A DNA stretch of 46,822 nt from Octopus bimaculoides (lineage: Eukaryota), in contig NC_068993.1 in the NCBI RefSeq assembly GCF_001194135.2, forward strand, positions 19,006,436 to 19,053,257, read 5' to 3'. A program made the position numbers and the translations under genes. The notes below the pieces were generated by a model, which made no database searches, had not been told where the DNA came from, and saw nothing but the letters and a program-made list of their open reading frames with translations. Of this stretch, positions 25,501 through 38,938 are shown piece by piece. Position 1 is the first letter of the stretch. Every line of letters starts with the position of its first letter.

Positions 25501-27362
25501 CTGAATAGTGGTTACAAGCGGTCGAAATAATACAATGACACTTGCAAACAAAAGACTGGGTACTTTTTTTGTATGTAAATTTATCTCTGTATTTACACAT
25601 TGCTACGGAAGCCTGCCTACTTTTTCGTGCACCACTTTATGCGCGCGTGGTGTGTGTGTGTGTGTGTGTGTATGTGTGTGTGTCTCTCTTAAACGGACAA
25701 TCTCTCGAACGAATTTGCTCAATTTTCGTCTATAATATTTCACTCATAAGTCTTTAATACCCGTATACTGCTTAAGGTGGTGCTCAATGGGGGATTGAAA
25801 CCGAAAACATCTAGATACAGAGAGAATACTTATATCTCCTCCCAATGAAACGATTTGTAGTTAGCATGCAAGTTAATGAAAAAGCTCTTCTATCATAAAG
25901 AGAAAACGCTGAACACAGATGTGAGTTAAAACCCCATTATAACTATTAAGATCAACCAGTAATAGAGTCTCTATGGGTTGTTTGAACTTCAAGAAATGAC
26001 TGCCAAATCTTCCTCAAATTATTCCAATCCATTTTGTTTGGTTTAGATGCATAATCTTTTCCGCCTAAACGAAACTTGTATTCATTGGAATTTTCCCTAT
26101 ATTTACTCTACCAAATGAGCAGTTTACTTCACAGCCACATGGCTCCGCGTCCAGTCCCACTGTTTCATACAAAATCACACATATTTCATACAGTTCAGTC
26201 CCACACATTTTAATGCAGAGGCAGCTCATGTAATTGGTGCCATTAAACGATATATTCTACCAATTTATATATCGTTTCATCTGACATTGAATATCTCACA
26301 CCACTGTTAATTAGGCCGCATCACAAAGAAGCCAGTAATTGGAGGTATTATTTCAACTCAGAACGCAAACTGGTCAGAACAGGTAGTGCAAAAATTTAAC
26401 AAATTGTTCAAAATTTTAACAAATCTGCTCATCCACTGTATTGCACTTCCTTTTAAAAACATCTGTAGGGTATGTAGGAGTGTTTAATTTTACAACCCGG
26501 TACATGAGTAGATTTAACGTCTAATCTGCTGCATGAATTTGTACAGAGTCTCCAGGCTTAGAATATTTCCTGTCTCCAGTCTTGCAGGCATTGTAATGAG
26601 ATCCGAAAATATCTAAGAAAACAAAATTATTTTCCTCTTACGGCTGCACATGTATCGAACTAACGGCTTTATTTTGCTACTATATCACTAAAGACTGTTT
26701 TTGGACACACATATTTAGCCTTGCTGGATGCAATAACGATACTTTTGAAAACTTCCGGCATTAAATGTTCTAGAACCTAATTAAATATGATTTAGTGTTC
26801 TGCTACTTTCTTTCCTTAGACTTTTGTATATTACAAGTTTCTCTAGGGAAGCATTATCGTTAATTATATGCATCTTGTCTTAATTAGAAGGTTATAATTT
26901 ATATGGTTTGCATATTGGGTTTAGCACATAGACATACTTACACACAGACATTGATTGTTGTAAACAAGAATGTTATGCCTATATGTATGTAGGTCTTTAT
27001 TTTAGTATTTATGTATATATATCCATATTGATTTATTTGAATCATTCACGAAAGAAATATGGTCAATATGTATGTGTACACGTATGTTTTTGTATGTATG
27101 TATGTATGTAAGTATGTGTGTATGTATGTATGTATGTATGTATGTATGTATGTATGTATGTATGTATGCATGCATGTATGTTCGGTCTTTTCTATTTTTA
27201 ATTACTTGAAATTTTCCTGCAAGGAAGGCGCTGATTTCTAACAAAGATACAAAACTTTATCGTCGGAATGCAGATAATGAAAACAAATTCAACTACTCTC
27301 GTGGTCGTTTCTACGGTGATTTCGTTTCGCCTGACTGTGAAGTATATTAAGTTTTTGTAACT

Positions 27363-27428
27363 TATATAAAAGAGGCTCTCCCCGGACAGAAACAAACAGC
27401 TTCTGGTGTTTAAGCAGCGCCGGTATGT
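27363..27428 (+). promoter_or_regulatory. Candidate TATA box followed by a short non-coding exon and splice donor
   Basis: TATATAAAAG at 27363-27372; donor-like CCG|GTATGT at 27422/27423, 60 nt downstream; non-repetitive context. Not linked to any gene by sequence alone. Confidence 0.25.
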
Positions 27429-27809
27429 TAAGCATGCGGTATTTATAATGCTTACATCACTCAGCGGCTTCTATTGCATAATTTGAATGTATACTACTAA
27501 TGAGATGCAATTGAAAACGAGTAGATAGTTTATACACTGTCTGTATATTCTTCAGTCTCATGATTTCAATCTCGATTTGGATGTGACACGAGTGCGCGGC
27601 ATTGATGAGCTGCAATACAACAAAATACAGTTCTTGGCACTCTCGTGATCACTTCTAATGATTTCGTTTCCATAGAACTAGAGTATAATGAGATTTTAAA
27701 ATACTATAGGCCTTTAAAGGGATCACTTCTCGGACGGAAAACCGCAGGTGCTGGTGTTTAAAGAATCCACCTACTTTCAGTATGTGGTTTTGATAGTATT
27801 TTCCTTATA

Positions 27810-27987
27810 GAACTGCATCAATCATATATACAGAGATGTCTCAGACACATTCTCAATGTTGGCTGGACCTAAAAAATTCCAGACACACAGGTCTTGAGGA
27901 CAACTGAAATCTTGAGTATTGAGGCAATGGTGCACAAGCAACGGTTACGTTGGTCTGGTCCTCTTATTAGAATGAAGGATAGCAAGA
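27810..27987 (+). mobile_element. RTE-clade LINE fragment (C-terminus of ORF)
   Basis: QRCLRHILNVGWT*KIPDTQVLRTTEILSIEAMVHKQRLRWSGPLIRMKDSKI matches the RTE/BovB-type RCLRxIL..W.DKIP..EVL....SIEA.....LRW.GH..RM segment. Confidence 0.8.
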
Positions 27988-28139
27988 TTCAGTATTTTTG
28001 GCAAGCATACAGTTCCAGGAGTCATTCCAGTGTATACACAGTTAATTATATTACCGGACTAGGTTTTAAAGATTAAGCAGTAATGTGTGAATGAGTGTAT
28101 ACACATGTATTTTATGCTGTAACGTCTCATTTTCTCTCT

Positions 28140-28143
<4 letters not shown>
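27988..28143. repeat. Left arm of a ~155-bp inverted repeat pair (partner 29457-29614)
   Basis: gcaagcatacagttccaggagtcatt...ttttaaagattaagcagtaatgtgtgaatgagt...ctcattttctctcttg is the reverse complement of 29457-29614 with scattered mismatches. Confidence 0.85.
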
Positions 28144-28194
<51 letters not shown>

Positions 28195-28561
28195 NNNNNN
28201 NNNNNNNNNNNNNNNNNNNNNNNNNNNNNNNNNNNNNNNNNNNNNNNNNNNNNNNNNNNNNNNNNNNNNNNNNNNNNNNNNNNNNNNNNNNNNNNNNNNN
28301 NNNNNNNNNNNNNNNNNNNNNNNNNNNNNNNNNNNNNNNNNNNNNNNNNNNNNNNNNNNNNNNNNNNNNNNNNNNNNNNNNNNNNNNNNNNNNNNNNNNN
28401 NNNNNNNNNNNNNNNNNNNNNNNNNNNNNNNNNNNNNNNNNNNNNNNNNNNNNNNNNNNNNNNNNNNNNNNNNNNNNNNNNNNNNNNNNNNNNNNNNNNN
28501 NNNNNNNNNNNNNNNNNNNNNNNNNNNNNNNNNNNNNNNNNNNNNNNNNNNNNNNNNNNNN

Positions 28562-28602
<41 letters not shown>

Positions 28603-28759
28603 ACATACGATATACTTACATATACGAGCGTATACATACATATATATGCATGTATGCACACGGCCAGTTTGTATTGCCCGCCTAACAGCTCCTCGTGCGA
28701 TATGGTCAGAATACCACCACAGTGAATATAACGACGAAATAAATATATAAATAAGGATA

Positions 28760-29450
28760 AGATCGGTATTTGAAAACCAGTATTCAAATATGTACCCCAA
28801 CTGTGGTACATGCCCCAACCTTTTGGAAGGGTTATAATACTATTTTAATCAAGGGCAACAATTTACAATTAAATCAAATTTCACTTGTGCATCCGAAAAT
28901 CTGATCTACGAAATCAGATGCTCGGGCTGCCAGAAAGACTATATCGGTAGCGCGGGGAATTCTATCCGTCAACATTGTACGGTGCATCGTCAACAGATAG
29001 CCTCACCACAATACCGCCAAATTTATCTCAGGGAACATATCGACGTATGTTCGAAACAAGCACAACCTAAATTTACTATTTTCACTGTATATAAATTTGC
29101 TGACCGGACTTCTAGACAAGCCCCACTCAATAAAGAGACATATTTCAACCCAACATGCAAACCTGAACTTAACACCAATTCATTTTAATTGTATTACTAA
29201 TTGACACTTAATTACTTGACTCCTGGACACCCATTCATATTAAACCTGAGTCATAATAGGTCCGACATGACTCTTATGAAGAACGTATTCATATCTTGGC
29301 AATTGCTTTGTTGTTCATTTTCTATTGGACTGATTTATTTTATTAAATTGTGGAATTGCAACATATACAAAAAAGTTATATATGTATGCCAACCACAATT
29401 TTTAGGTATAAATTACTGTTCATACCTATATGTATACATATATACATATA
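28760..29450 (+). mobile_element. Penelope-like element fragment: GIY-YIG endonuclease and 3' UTR
   Basis: CGTCPNLLEGL*YYFNQGQQFTIKSNFTCASENLIYEIRCSGCQKDYIGSAGNSIRQHCTVHRQQI...KPELN (stop at 29186-29188) shows the CxxC, FTC-x-S-x-NLIY-x-I-x-C-xx-C and YIG signature of PLE endonucleases. Confidence 0.9.
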
Positions 29451-29456
29451 TATTTT

Positions 29457-29614
29457 TACAAGCGAGAAAATGAGATGTTAGAGCTAAAATACATGCATAT
29501 ACTCATTCACACATTACTGCTTAATCTTTAAAACCTTGTACGGTAATATAATTAACTATGTATAAAATGAAATGACTCCTGTAACTGTATGCTTGCGAAA
29601 ATCACTGAAGAGCT
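29457..29614. repeat. Right arm of the inverted repeat pair (partner 27988-28143)
   Basis: Direct reverse-complement comparison with 27988-28143. Confidence 0.85.
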
Positions 29615-29924
29615 TCATGAAGAAACAAGAGTTGTTCCCCTTGACATATTGCTTCATCTCTGCTCACTTTTTTTTCAAAGATGGCATCCTATTGAAAACA
29701 AAAAATTTTCTCTATATAAGTTGACAATCCTTTGATCGTGAAACCGGTACTTATTTAATTTGTAATGCTGTAATATGATACTAATATCACCATGAACTTC
29801 ATTATACAAACTTTCTGTGACTTTTACATTTCTTTTCTTTCTTATATACCTATCCTACGTGTATACAGAACTTTCCATTCTTCACAATATATATATATAT
29901 ATATGTACCTGTGTGTGTATGTGT

Positions 29925-30125
29925 GCGTGCGTGTGTGTCTTCGTGTATGTGTTTGTCAACCACTCCCGTGTTGGTGTGTTTGATGTCTTTGTAACTTAGC
30001 AGTTCAGCCAAAACCCTATAGATTAAGTACCAGGATTGACAAATAATAAGTAATACGGTCAATTCATTCGACTAAAAGTTCTTCGTGGTGATGCCCCAGC
30101 ATGAAACAAGTAGAAGATAAAAAAT
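29925..30125 (+). mobile_element. 3' half of SINE family A
   Basis: gttggtgtgttt...gtaacttagcagttcagccaaa...taagtacc...gtcaattcattcgactaaa...gccccagcatg...gaaacaagtagaagataaaa. Confidence 0.7.
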
Positions 30126-30194
30126 AAGATATGCAAATATATACGTAAACTCACACATGCACATGCGATCACAAACACTTACACAAACGCATGA

Positions 30195-30233
<39 letters not shown>

Positions 30234-30485
30234 CACACACACACACACAAACACATACACACACGTACGCACACACGCACGCACGCACACACACACACAA
30301 ACACAACCAAAATGGCTCAGACAAAAGTAGCATTCATTTTCTCAGGTCGTTTAATTTGCCTCAATTGATCAATAGACCAATTTATTATACTTATAATGAC
30401 TACTGGGAACAACTGTAACCCCAATATGTTCCAATAAAGTAATACCATTATTTTAAACTTGTTTCTTATACACACACACACAAAC

Positions 30486-30597
<112 letters not shown>

Positions 30598-30729
30598 TGA
30601 CTTCTAATATAAGGATAGCATTTTTCAAAAATCTTATCAGTGACCAGCATATTAAAATACCTTTTAAGGTGAAAATTATAAACAATTATAAATAAGGGCA
30701 CAAGAAAAAGATTACATATATATATCACT

Positions 30730-31630
30730 GCATATCTTTTGCGTCTTGCTCTCCAAGGAGTACAGCCTCATCTCTTTTAGTTTCTTCCAGTTGTCCATCT
30801 ATTGCACTAAAGGAATTTTTAAATACAGTGGCGTTAGATTGCCTCCAATTCTATCTTTAATTTGACGCTGTGTGGTGACAATAATTGGGGAAATAATAAG
30901 TGACTGAACACGAAATGATAAGTGACTGAACACGAATGTTCTCAGCAAGAGCATCATTATTTCGCTTTTACATGTCCTGAATTATCTGAGAACCCAGCCA
31001 GTCAGTCGTCTGCTCGTTGGCGCCTTCTTAGTAATATGCACATGGAACGATTCACCGACGCTTCCTCTTGTATTGCAATACCGGCTGGTATTTCATATAC
31101 GAATTGCAGTCTGTGGACCGGTAGCGGAGTGCTTGAAACTTGTTAACACTGAATAACATTGTTTTTATCAGAGCACTTGTATATTGCGTTCAAATCTTTA
31201 TATAGTTTTAAGGTATCTTCAGGGTCTTTGACTGTTTGTGATACTTTTGTGTTATCAGCACAGCTTGTAAGTGTAGCTGAGTGTATGAATGATGGTAGGC
31301 CTAACAGAGCCATAACAAACAGCAGAAATCACTGATCAGTTCTCTGAGAAATTTCCCTAAATATTTATGTCTCATCAGAGAGAGAATGCCATTGACTATA
31401 ATTGCTTAACTCCTACCTCTTGAAAAGTCATGCTCCTATTCCTCTAGTTTACCAATGATACTGGAGAAACACAGTTTGTGCCATATCATTCTGTGATAGA
31501 CTCTCATGAAGGCGTTGACAAAATCGAGATATATCACATCCACACTTTAACAGCACAGCTACAATTTCAGTAGCCAGTTATAATGATGTAGTAGCTGTGC
31601 AAAGCAGCTTGTTCCTGGACAGAGGCCATG
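30730..31630 (-). mobile_element. Decayed CR1-clade LINE reverse-transcriptase fragment
   Basis: Minus strand has remnants VDVIYLDFVNAF, LTSCADNTKVSQ (YADD equivalent), LYKDLNAIY, TGWVLR..RT and KLKEMRLYSLE, with many stops. Confidence 0.8.
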
Positions 31631-31713
31631 TTGCGTCTCAGTGAGCAAGCCACTATTCATAACACTCTATACACATACATACATACATACATACATACAT
31701 ACATACATGCATG

Positions 31714-31792
<79 letters not shown>

Positions 31793-32253
31793 ACACACAC
31801 ACACAGATACACACACACACACACTGAAATAGATAATGGTGAGCTAGGTTATGTTTACTCGAAAATACTTGGATTTTCAGGCAAAGAAAGTGCCCAGCTT
31901 ACTCGACACTATACAAATAGTATTTGGAAGTAAAGCAGTAAACAGGATTTTTGTTAAGTCCGTCATGTAACAACATATTTTTTAACCAAATTTTAGCCTT
32001 AGAAGTTTGTTTCTTTGGTAGAAGCTAGTTCGTCTTTGCAAAAAAATTATTTAACTATTTATAAAATCAATAAATCGATGCATATACAGGTAGACGCACA
32101 CATAGAAATACACGTACACACACACACATATATATGCAATTTGTACATGTATACACATATAAATGTATTGTGTATATATTAATATATATGCATACATAAA
32201 TCTATTGATTATATATATATATATATTCATGAATATATATATATATATATACA

Positions 32254-32287
<34 letters not shown>

Positions 32288-32463
32288 TGTATACATGCAC
32301 GCACATAAACACTCACACACACGCATACATACATCCATTCATACATACATACATGCACAAATACTCGGTTGATGTTAAAATTCCAATGAAGGAGCCTTGG
32401 ATCTAGGTTAGAAACCGCCTCTTTCTCTATTGGCAACAAATCTTGAAATAAAATTGAATAATG

Positions 32464-32508
<45 letters not shown>

Positions 32509-32879
32509 AATATAAATTTATTTGTATGAAGAGAAAGGTTGAGAGAAGTAAGTGTGACAGATATATTAAGTGTGAAGTAGGTACCCTTGCGTTTGCTGTA
32601 TTTTATGACTAGCAAGAGGACATTCAACAAATATCAATATATCAATATTGTAAACGGACAACGTATGAAAAAAAATCTCTTTAGAAAATGAAAGACGAAC
32701 ATGAAAGTATGAATTCGTTACGAAGAATTTTATGCAGTAGCATAACAATGTAACAGACACATGGGGACCAGCATAAAGCATAATTGTCTTGATTTGGACA
32801 CTAACGCTGTGCATGGTTTCATTATAACAATTTATGATTTGTAGCATTGGTACAAGCGCACACAATTGGATGAGAAATA

Positions 32880-33350
32880 TAATTGATTAAATCGACTCCA
32901 GTATTTGTCTGATACTATATTCTGTCACTCCCGGAAGCATGGGAGGCAAAGGTGAAGTTTATACATTAGTGGTGTGTAATATCGTCAGAAGGCTAGGTAG
33001 TGTGTAGAATGAGTTTAATTAGCTAAATCAGTTTCATTGTTAAATGGTAAGGTGGGGAGCTGGCATTACCGTTAGCACACCGAGCGAAATGCTTAGCAGT
33101 ATTTCGTCCATCTTTACGTTCTGAGTTCAAATTATGACGAGATCGACTTTGCCTTTCATCCTTTCGAGGTTGATGATATAAGTTCTAGTTACGCACCGGA
33201 TTCGATGTAATCGATTATCCCCCACTCAAGGTTCCATGCACTGTGCCCATAGTAGAAAGGATTGTTAAATAGTTCTTAACTGATAAACTTCGAAATAATG
33301 GAAAGTAAAGTCGATCTCGGTGGGATTTGAACACAGAATGCAAGTACATG
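32880..33350. mobile_element. Cluster of three SINE family B copies in alternating orientation: 32880-32955 (-), 33047-33265 (+, near full length), 33298-33350 (-)
   Basis: The plus copy has ggggagctggca..cgttagcacaccgagcgaaatgcttagcagtatttcgtc...gagttcaaatt...gactttgcctttcatcctttcg; the flanking pieces match its reverse complement. Confidence 0.8.
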
Positions 33351-33572
33351 TAACTAAATTCTGCGTGGTCATTTGAATACCAGTACTTCACAGTCACTTT
33401 ATTTTACCGACCTAGAACTGAAGAAAGACTAAGCGAATTAAAAGAAACGACTGTATTTCTTAATTCATTCTGAAACTTAAATAAATTATTTGAATCTTTT
33501 TGAGAAAAAATGCATAGCCAAGCAGATATACCTTAACTCGTACGTTTCCATTTAAATTTTCTTCTGATTAAC

Positions 33573-33656
33573 ATGCTTCTTGATATTTCAGGATTCTTTA
33601 GGTGCAGTTTGACTTTGCTTATACTAGAGTTTATCTCTCATTACATTGATTTAACT
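33573..33656 (+). CDS. Tentative ATG-containing first coding exon of the MNNL/C2 gene
   Basis: ATG...MLLDISGFFRCSLTLLILEFISHYIDLT ends in phase 0 at ACT|GTTAGT, compatible with the phase-0 acceptor at 34052. It is only partly hydrophobic and the donor is weak, so it may be coincidental. Confidence 0.2.
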
Positions 33657-34051
33657 GTTAGTTTACGTAACAAACTTTTAGAGCTGAGAGATCGGAGAGC
33701 AATAGGTGTAAAAGATTAAAAATTTGAAGAAGTGAACAGTTACCGTTTTGTCTAATTCATCAAACTATTTCGCATTTACACACTAGTGCACTGCATGTGT
33801 TTAACGCACAGTATCAAGATTAAGTCAAAACCTGAGAAGTTATTCAACGAATCAGGACGGATTAAATAAACCATGTCCTAAATATTATAATTTATCAATA
33901 ATAAATGCCTAGTTCTTTGATTAATGGTGCCTTCATAAAAATGAATCAATCCAAAATTTCGAAATTGAGTTGATAGAGAGCTCAGCACCCACTCGTACAT
34001 AAAGATTCTATCAATATTTCTATCTGGAAATAAGTATGCTCTTCGTTTCAG

Positions 34052-34230
34052 GTGTTGCTCATAATTTGTGGTGCCAAAGCAAAAGGTACAGCAGAAATAA
34101 AATTGCTTAAGTTTGTCAATCCAACTGGAAATACTTTTTACGGTTCATGTTGTGATTTCAAGTCATTTTGGTCTTACGAATGTCTCGAATGCGACCATGT
34201 GTTTAAGATATGTATCGGGAACATAACAGG
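34052..34230 (+). CDS. Coding exon A of a Delta/Serrate-like (MNNL/C2 domain) gene: signal-peptide end and first half of the C2 domain
   Basis: Acceptor tttcAG| and donor GG|GTAAGT (phase 0 to 2). VLLIICGAKAKGTAEIKLLKFVNPTGNTFYGSCCDFKSFWSYECLECDHVFKICIGNIT matches the Notch-ligand N-terminus pattern G.FE.....F.N..G....G.CC....C..C...FK.C. Confidence 0.85.
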
Positions 34231-37024
34231 GTAAGTTTATCATTTTTTCTTCTGCATTGTAATCTAAATAAAAAAATCGAATTTATATTCAAATAATAAT
34301 GACACCCTTACTTCATAGACAAATAAAGAATATTTTGATACCAGCAAGGGATTGATACGTATTTTATCGATTCAGAATTTTATTTAATCGCAGTTGAACT
34401 TGGATTCAGATTCCAGATAGATAAAAACTAAGAGCAAACTATGCTGTTGCTTATTTTACTAGAGATTAGTTAACTTCCGGCCTACAAGATAATATATTAG
34501 GCAACGTATTTAATCAAATATGACTTTGCTGCAATTATTCTTCGTAACTGAAGTAGATTTATGATTTTGAAGGAAATTTCCAGGTTTGTTGATTGGTTTT
34601 ACCGACGTCTTCTCGGCGAGCACATTTATTTCTATCGCTCAATCAACCAAACTCTAATCAGATGCCGTCTGGTGATATATTGGATTAATATAAGCTCGAA
34701 CAGTACCAGCTAGATGAGAGTTTTGTTAGTTTGTAACACTGACTTCAGTCTCACGATTATTGCTTGGAGAACAATGGACTTTAGAGTAATGACCAGTTTT
34801 AAATGAATAATGTCAGCGCCAAATATACCGGTGACGATCATGGAAGTTAATAACTTATAGAAACCTTTATATGATTATATTAGTACGAATTTATAATTAT
34901 CATTGACGTACATTTACTAATTCCTGCAAATAGAAAGAGCACCTACTCGATATAATAGGATTTTAAGCATAATAATTTGTGAATAGTATGCATTTCAATG
35001 AAGTTTGACTAAATAGTTGAAAGTTTCTGTAACTGACAAAATAGGGTCCTTTTTTATTTACAAATACAGGATCTCATTTTAAACAAAAACATTTTAATAT
35101 TTTCTGTTTAACGTATACATGCAACAGCAAGACGGTCATGCACTGATCAGACTTGCTTCTATAATTGGAGTTCTGTTTTAGCTTACTGGCTTTGCATAGA
35201 AGAATAGCAAAGTAAAAGTCTAACTCCACAAATTCTCCATCTGTAACTTGATTTTTATAAACTAGTCGTATGCAAAATTTTACCATAACTTTTCTAGACT
35301 ACAGAATCGCTCACGAAATAATTTCACCTTCAACCTCTTATTGTTTCACAAGAGAAAAAAAGATGAACATAGACAGATTTATAATTTTTCATTAAGAAAC
35401 CTGTTTATGGACTGAAACAGGAATCTTTGCAAGGATAACTGCAGAATACGTGTCCTCATGATTTGGTTAAGTTTTAAGATCTGCAGCTATTTGTTTAAGG
35501 CAACGGAATTATATTTGTTGAGTTATAGTTTCAGAACTTTATTTAATTTATTTCATTAACTTTCTTTTATTCATTTTATCTCAATCAAAATAACTCCAAT
35601 AGGTTCCACACTTACAAAACTGGTCAAATTTAGAAAACTGTTAAAATTTGCATAACTCGTCAAATTACCAAAGTTTTCTTCCGTGAAGTGGAAATATTAG
35701 TATGCAAGAAATCACATTACCAATTAGGCAGATTTTTGTTTCAGAGAAAACATAGTAAAATTTACTCACGTATTGGAGAAATTTCTTGAGAAATAATAAA
35801 TACCAAGAGGATACACTAATCAGGATCGATATATCGAATTGTATTTACATCATTTGGATAACCACTCGCCAAGCAAAATACATACTTGTTAGTTTTAAAT
35901 AGAAAATAAATTATATTTGGTTTCGTCTCTGCTATAAAATGGCGTCGTGAAAACGTGAGCAAATTTAATACAATTTGCATAAATGAAACTTTTGTTGATG
36001 GAATGTGTAAATACATTAATATGGCTAATTTCTCTGGACAATAACTTCTTAAACTGTCTGGAGTGATTTAAAAGTAATCTTTCTATAGAAACAAAAGAGC
36101 ACTGCATAAAACTAGCTGTTGTGTTCAAGTTTGCTTTCCTACAGTTTATATCCTAACTTGGATGAACTAGCATCCTTAGATTAATTAATGATATATGTAC
36201 GAATAATGTATACTTTTCTAGTCTGGATTAAAAGCAAGAAATCATTTCTTTTCCTATCATAGAATGATTTCTGTATAGTAAAATTCAGTTGCTTGCGATT
36301 CAAGTCTTTAAACTGATCCACACTTGCCTGCTGAAGAGAGATCGCTTCTTTACTCTCCTGTTACTCCGCTAAAGACATGCTTACCTCAAAACCAAGTTTT
36401 GCCGTGATTTAAAGCAAACGTATTATGGATGGACGAGAAATCATAATTTTTCAGGGTAATCATTCAGAATTATTAGGAAAAGGCATTACATCTACAGTGC
36501 CTGAGGAAATATTGTGTCTAATTAACATTAAATAACTCACTCGTTGGCTGACTGATTTAGTTTAAAATCATGTCTACAAAAGAAGCCCTATCTCTCCGAA
36601 TCATCACATTATACCAATATATAGCATTATCAAGTGTATTGATAACGTAGAAAGTGTCGGTGTAGCGACGACCTATCGATGTGTTGACATTTTGTCGGTT
36701 ATGCTAAAAACAACTCCAAATATACCTACACAAGAATAGCAGAGCATAAATGTTGTTACTCATAGTACTATCAACAGAAATTGGGGATATATAGGTAGCT
36801 ATCTAATGTAATATCTTCTTCTGTCTATAGATATCTCTAACTTTCCCATCCCTCTATCTCTCCCACTCTTTCTCATCCTCTGTACATGCATACACGCTTA
36901 TGTACATATGTGCATCTGTGTATGTTTGCATGTACCATGTATGCGTGTGTGTGTAATATTTATAAATAATACAATATGCATTAGGAAATCTAAACTGTAC
37001 TACTTCGATGTGATACGTAAAAAA

Positions 37025-37063
<39 letters not shown>

Positions 37064-37274
37064 TTATGTGTGTGAGTGTGTGTGTGCACGTGTGTGCACG
37101 TGTGTGCGTGTGTACGTGTGTGTATGTATACGTATGTAATATATACATACAGAGATACATGGATTCAGAAAACGTGGCTATCGCAATAAGCTGCTCTAAC
37201 GGACACGGCTATCAGACCACATCATAATCCAATACAGACAAGTGTATATAATGCTCATTTCTGTACACTTGTAG

Positions 37275-37404
37275 GTCAAGTAGCATGGAAACGTGTGAAT
37301 TTGGGAAGCAGATTACAGGAGCAGTGAAGAAAAATCAAATTCAATTTACCTCTGACATCGGTGGAACTAAAAACCCTCTAAAATTCTCCGTCAACACTTG
37401 GCCG
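37275..37404 (+). CDS. Coding exon B of the MNNL/C2 gene
   Basis: Acceptor ttgtAG| and donor CCG|GTGAGT (phase 2 to 0). (G)SSSMETCEFGKQITGAVKKNQIQFTSDIGGTKNPLKFSVNTWP contains the C.FG...T and NP..F....WP motifs of Delta/Jagged C2 domains. Confidence 0.85.
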
Positions 37405-37439
37405 GTGAGTATAAAAGGCTTTTGTTAATACAAGTATTG

Positions 37440-37700
37440 TGATGGCGCATGGCCTAGTGATTAGGCTGTTGCACTCACAATCGCTAGATCGTGGGTTCGA
37501 TTCCGTGCATGCGCTGCGCTCTTGAGCAAAACACTTCATTTCACATTGTTCCAGTTTCATTTCGATCACATGTTGGCCTGCTTGCCTAGCCAGCGGGATG
37601 GTAGCATTTGAAGGCTTAAAAATGCGAAAGCGCATTGTGACAAGCGATGTGTAACAATGTCTTATAGCTTGGTCAGTCAGGTGATCACAGGACAACAAAT
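37440..37700 (+). mobile_element. tRNA-derived SINE (head shared with 40745-41065, different 3' part)
   Basis: gatggcgcatggcctagtgattagg...gatcgtgggttcgattcc...cttgagcaaaacacttcatttcaca. Confidence 0.7.
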
Positions 37701-38250
37701 ATATTATTTGATTTTTCGGTAAGTATAAACAGATTTTTATTAATACAGTAAATATAGTTTGATTTTTACATAATAAGATGTGCAACCTATAGAATTGATC
37801 AAATGTGGACTCATGCGACTGATGTTTCAGTAAACTGATAGTTTTGCACAATTTTGAGCCTAATGTTTGGAAGAGAAACACCTCGATAGTTACAAAACCA
37901 CCAGAATACATCGCTGATCTGGTAGTCTTTGTAATTTGTGAAGTATGCGCTCATTTACACATCGCCCACCAATATACATTATTTTAATTAATGCCAGTGG
38001 AACAGTCACTTTAGCGCACATATACCTGGATGGTTTAATGCTTTACTTTTCAGCTACATAGTTCGGTGTCCGATACTAATAATAGGGCCCCTTCGCCATA
38101 GGTTGATCCCATGGTTATGAGTCGAATTTGATAGACAGAAGCTATACAGGTTTTCATATCTCTCAAACTTTCTTAATTGTTATAATGTAAACGACTTACA
38201 ACTCTTGTAAGATGGAAGTTCTTAAATTGACGGAGAAAATTTGTAGTATT

Positions 38251-38322
38251 GCCTTGGTATAGTGGTTAGACTGTCTCATTTTTACAGAAAATGTAGGTTC
38301 GAGTCCGACAGGCTCCCACCGA
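38251..38322 (+). pseudogene. tRNA-like remnant (pseudo-tRNA or isolated SINE head)
   Basis: A-box-like TAGTGGTTAGA (38260-38270) and B-box GGTTCGAGTCC (38296-38306); no convincing cloverleaf. Confidence 0.4.
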
Positions 38323-38439
38323 TTTCTTGGTTCCATTCAATGTTTGATTTTGAACCAAATGTTATTTATGCTTTCATGTTCTTCGAGTTCTACCGTTACA
38401 AAAATTATTTCTTATTTCACGAAATAAATATACATGCAT

Positions 38440-38590
38440 GGTGTGCTCGTCGGTTGTACCCGCATAGTTTCAGATTAAGTTCTGCACCATGTTGTCATGG
38501 ACAAGTGCCTTCCCGAATAGCTCCTTCCCGACTAACTCTTTGTGAGTGAATATGGGAGATGAAAAATTGTGAGAAGTCCATACACGGACA
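38440..38590 (+). mobile_element. Diverged 5' part of SINE family A
   Basis: ggacaagtgccttc...ctttgtgagtgaatatgggagatgaaaaattgtgagaagtcc followed by (CA)n. Confidence 0.5.
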
Positions 38591-38938
38591 CACACTCACG
38601 AACACACACCATCGCAAACAATCACACACACAAACACACACACAAACACACACACACAAACACACACAATCAAATACAATCACTCACACATGCCGTCAGA
38701 CATATTTCTATTCAGGTTCACTCACATGACCAAATAGATCAGTCAGTTGAAAATCTAAGTAATGTTGCTACTATTAAGAAACTGCTATATACAATTTCAA
38801 AACTCATTATCAGTTCAGATTTATACAAAATAAATTTCTTCTGGTGTCTCTGTGTTTCAGTTAATCACGGAAGTTCTCTAATATGATTGTTTATATGTAC
38901 ATAAGTACATAGTTTCTTAGAGACGTAGAAAGTATTTA

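Noticed and set aside
26470-26620. Minus-strand exon-like stretch (DIFGSHYNACKTGDRKYSKPG...) after a good acceptor
   Set aside because: No recognisable domain, a stop follows without a convincing donor, and no partner exons were found.
29607-29635. CTGAAGAG...GAAAC hammerhead-like motif
   Set aside because: Stem II lacks a closing pair and stem I does not pair; probably chance or too decayed.
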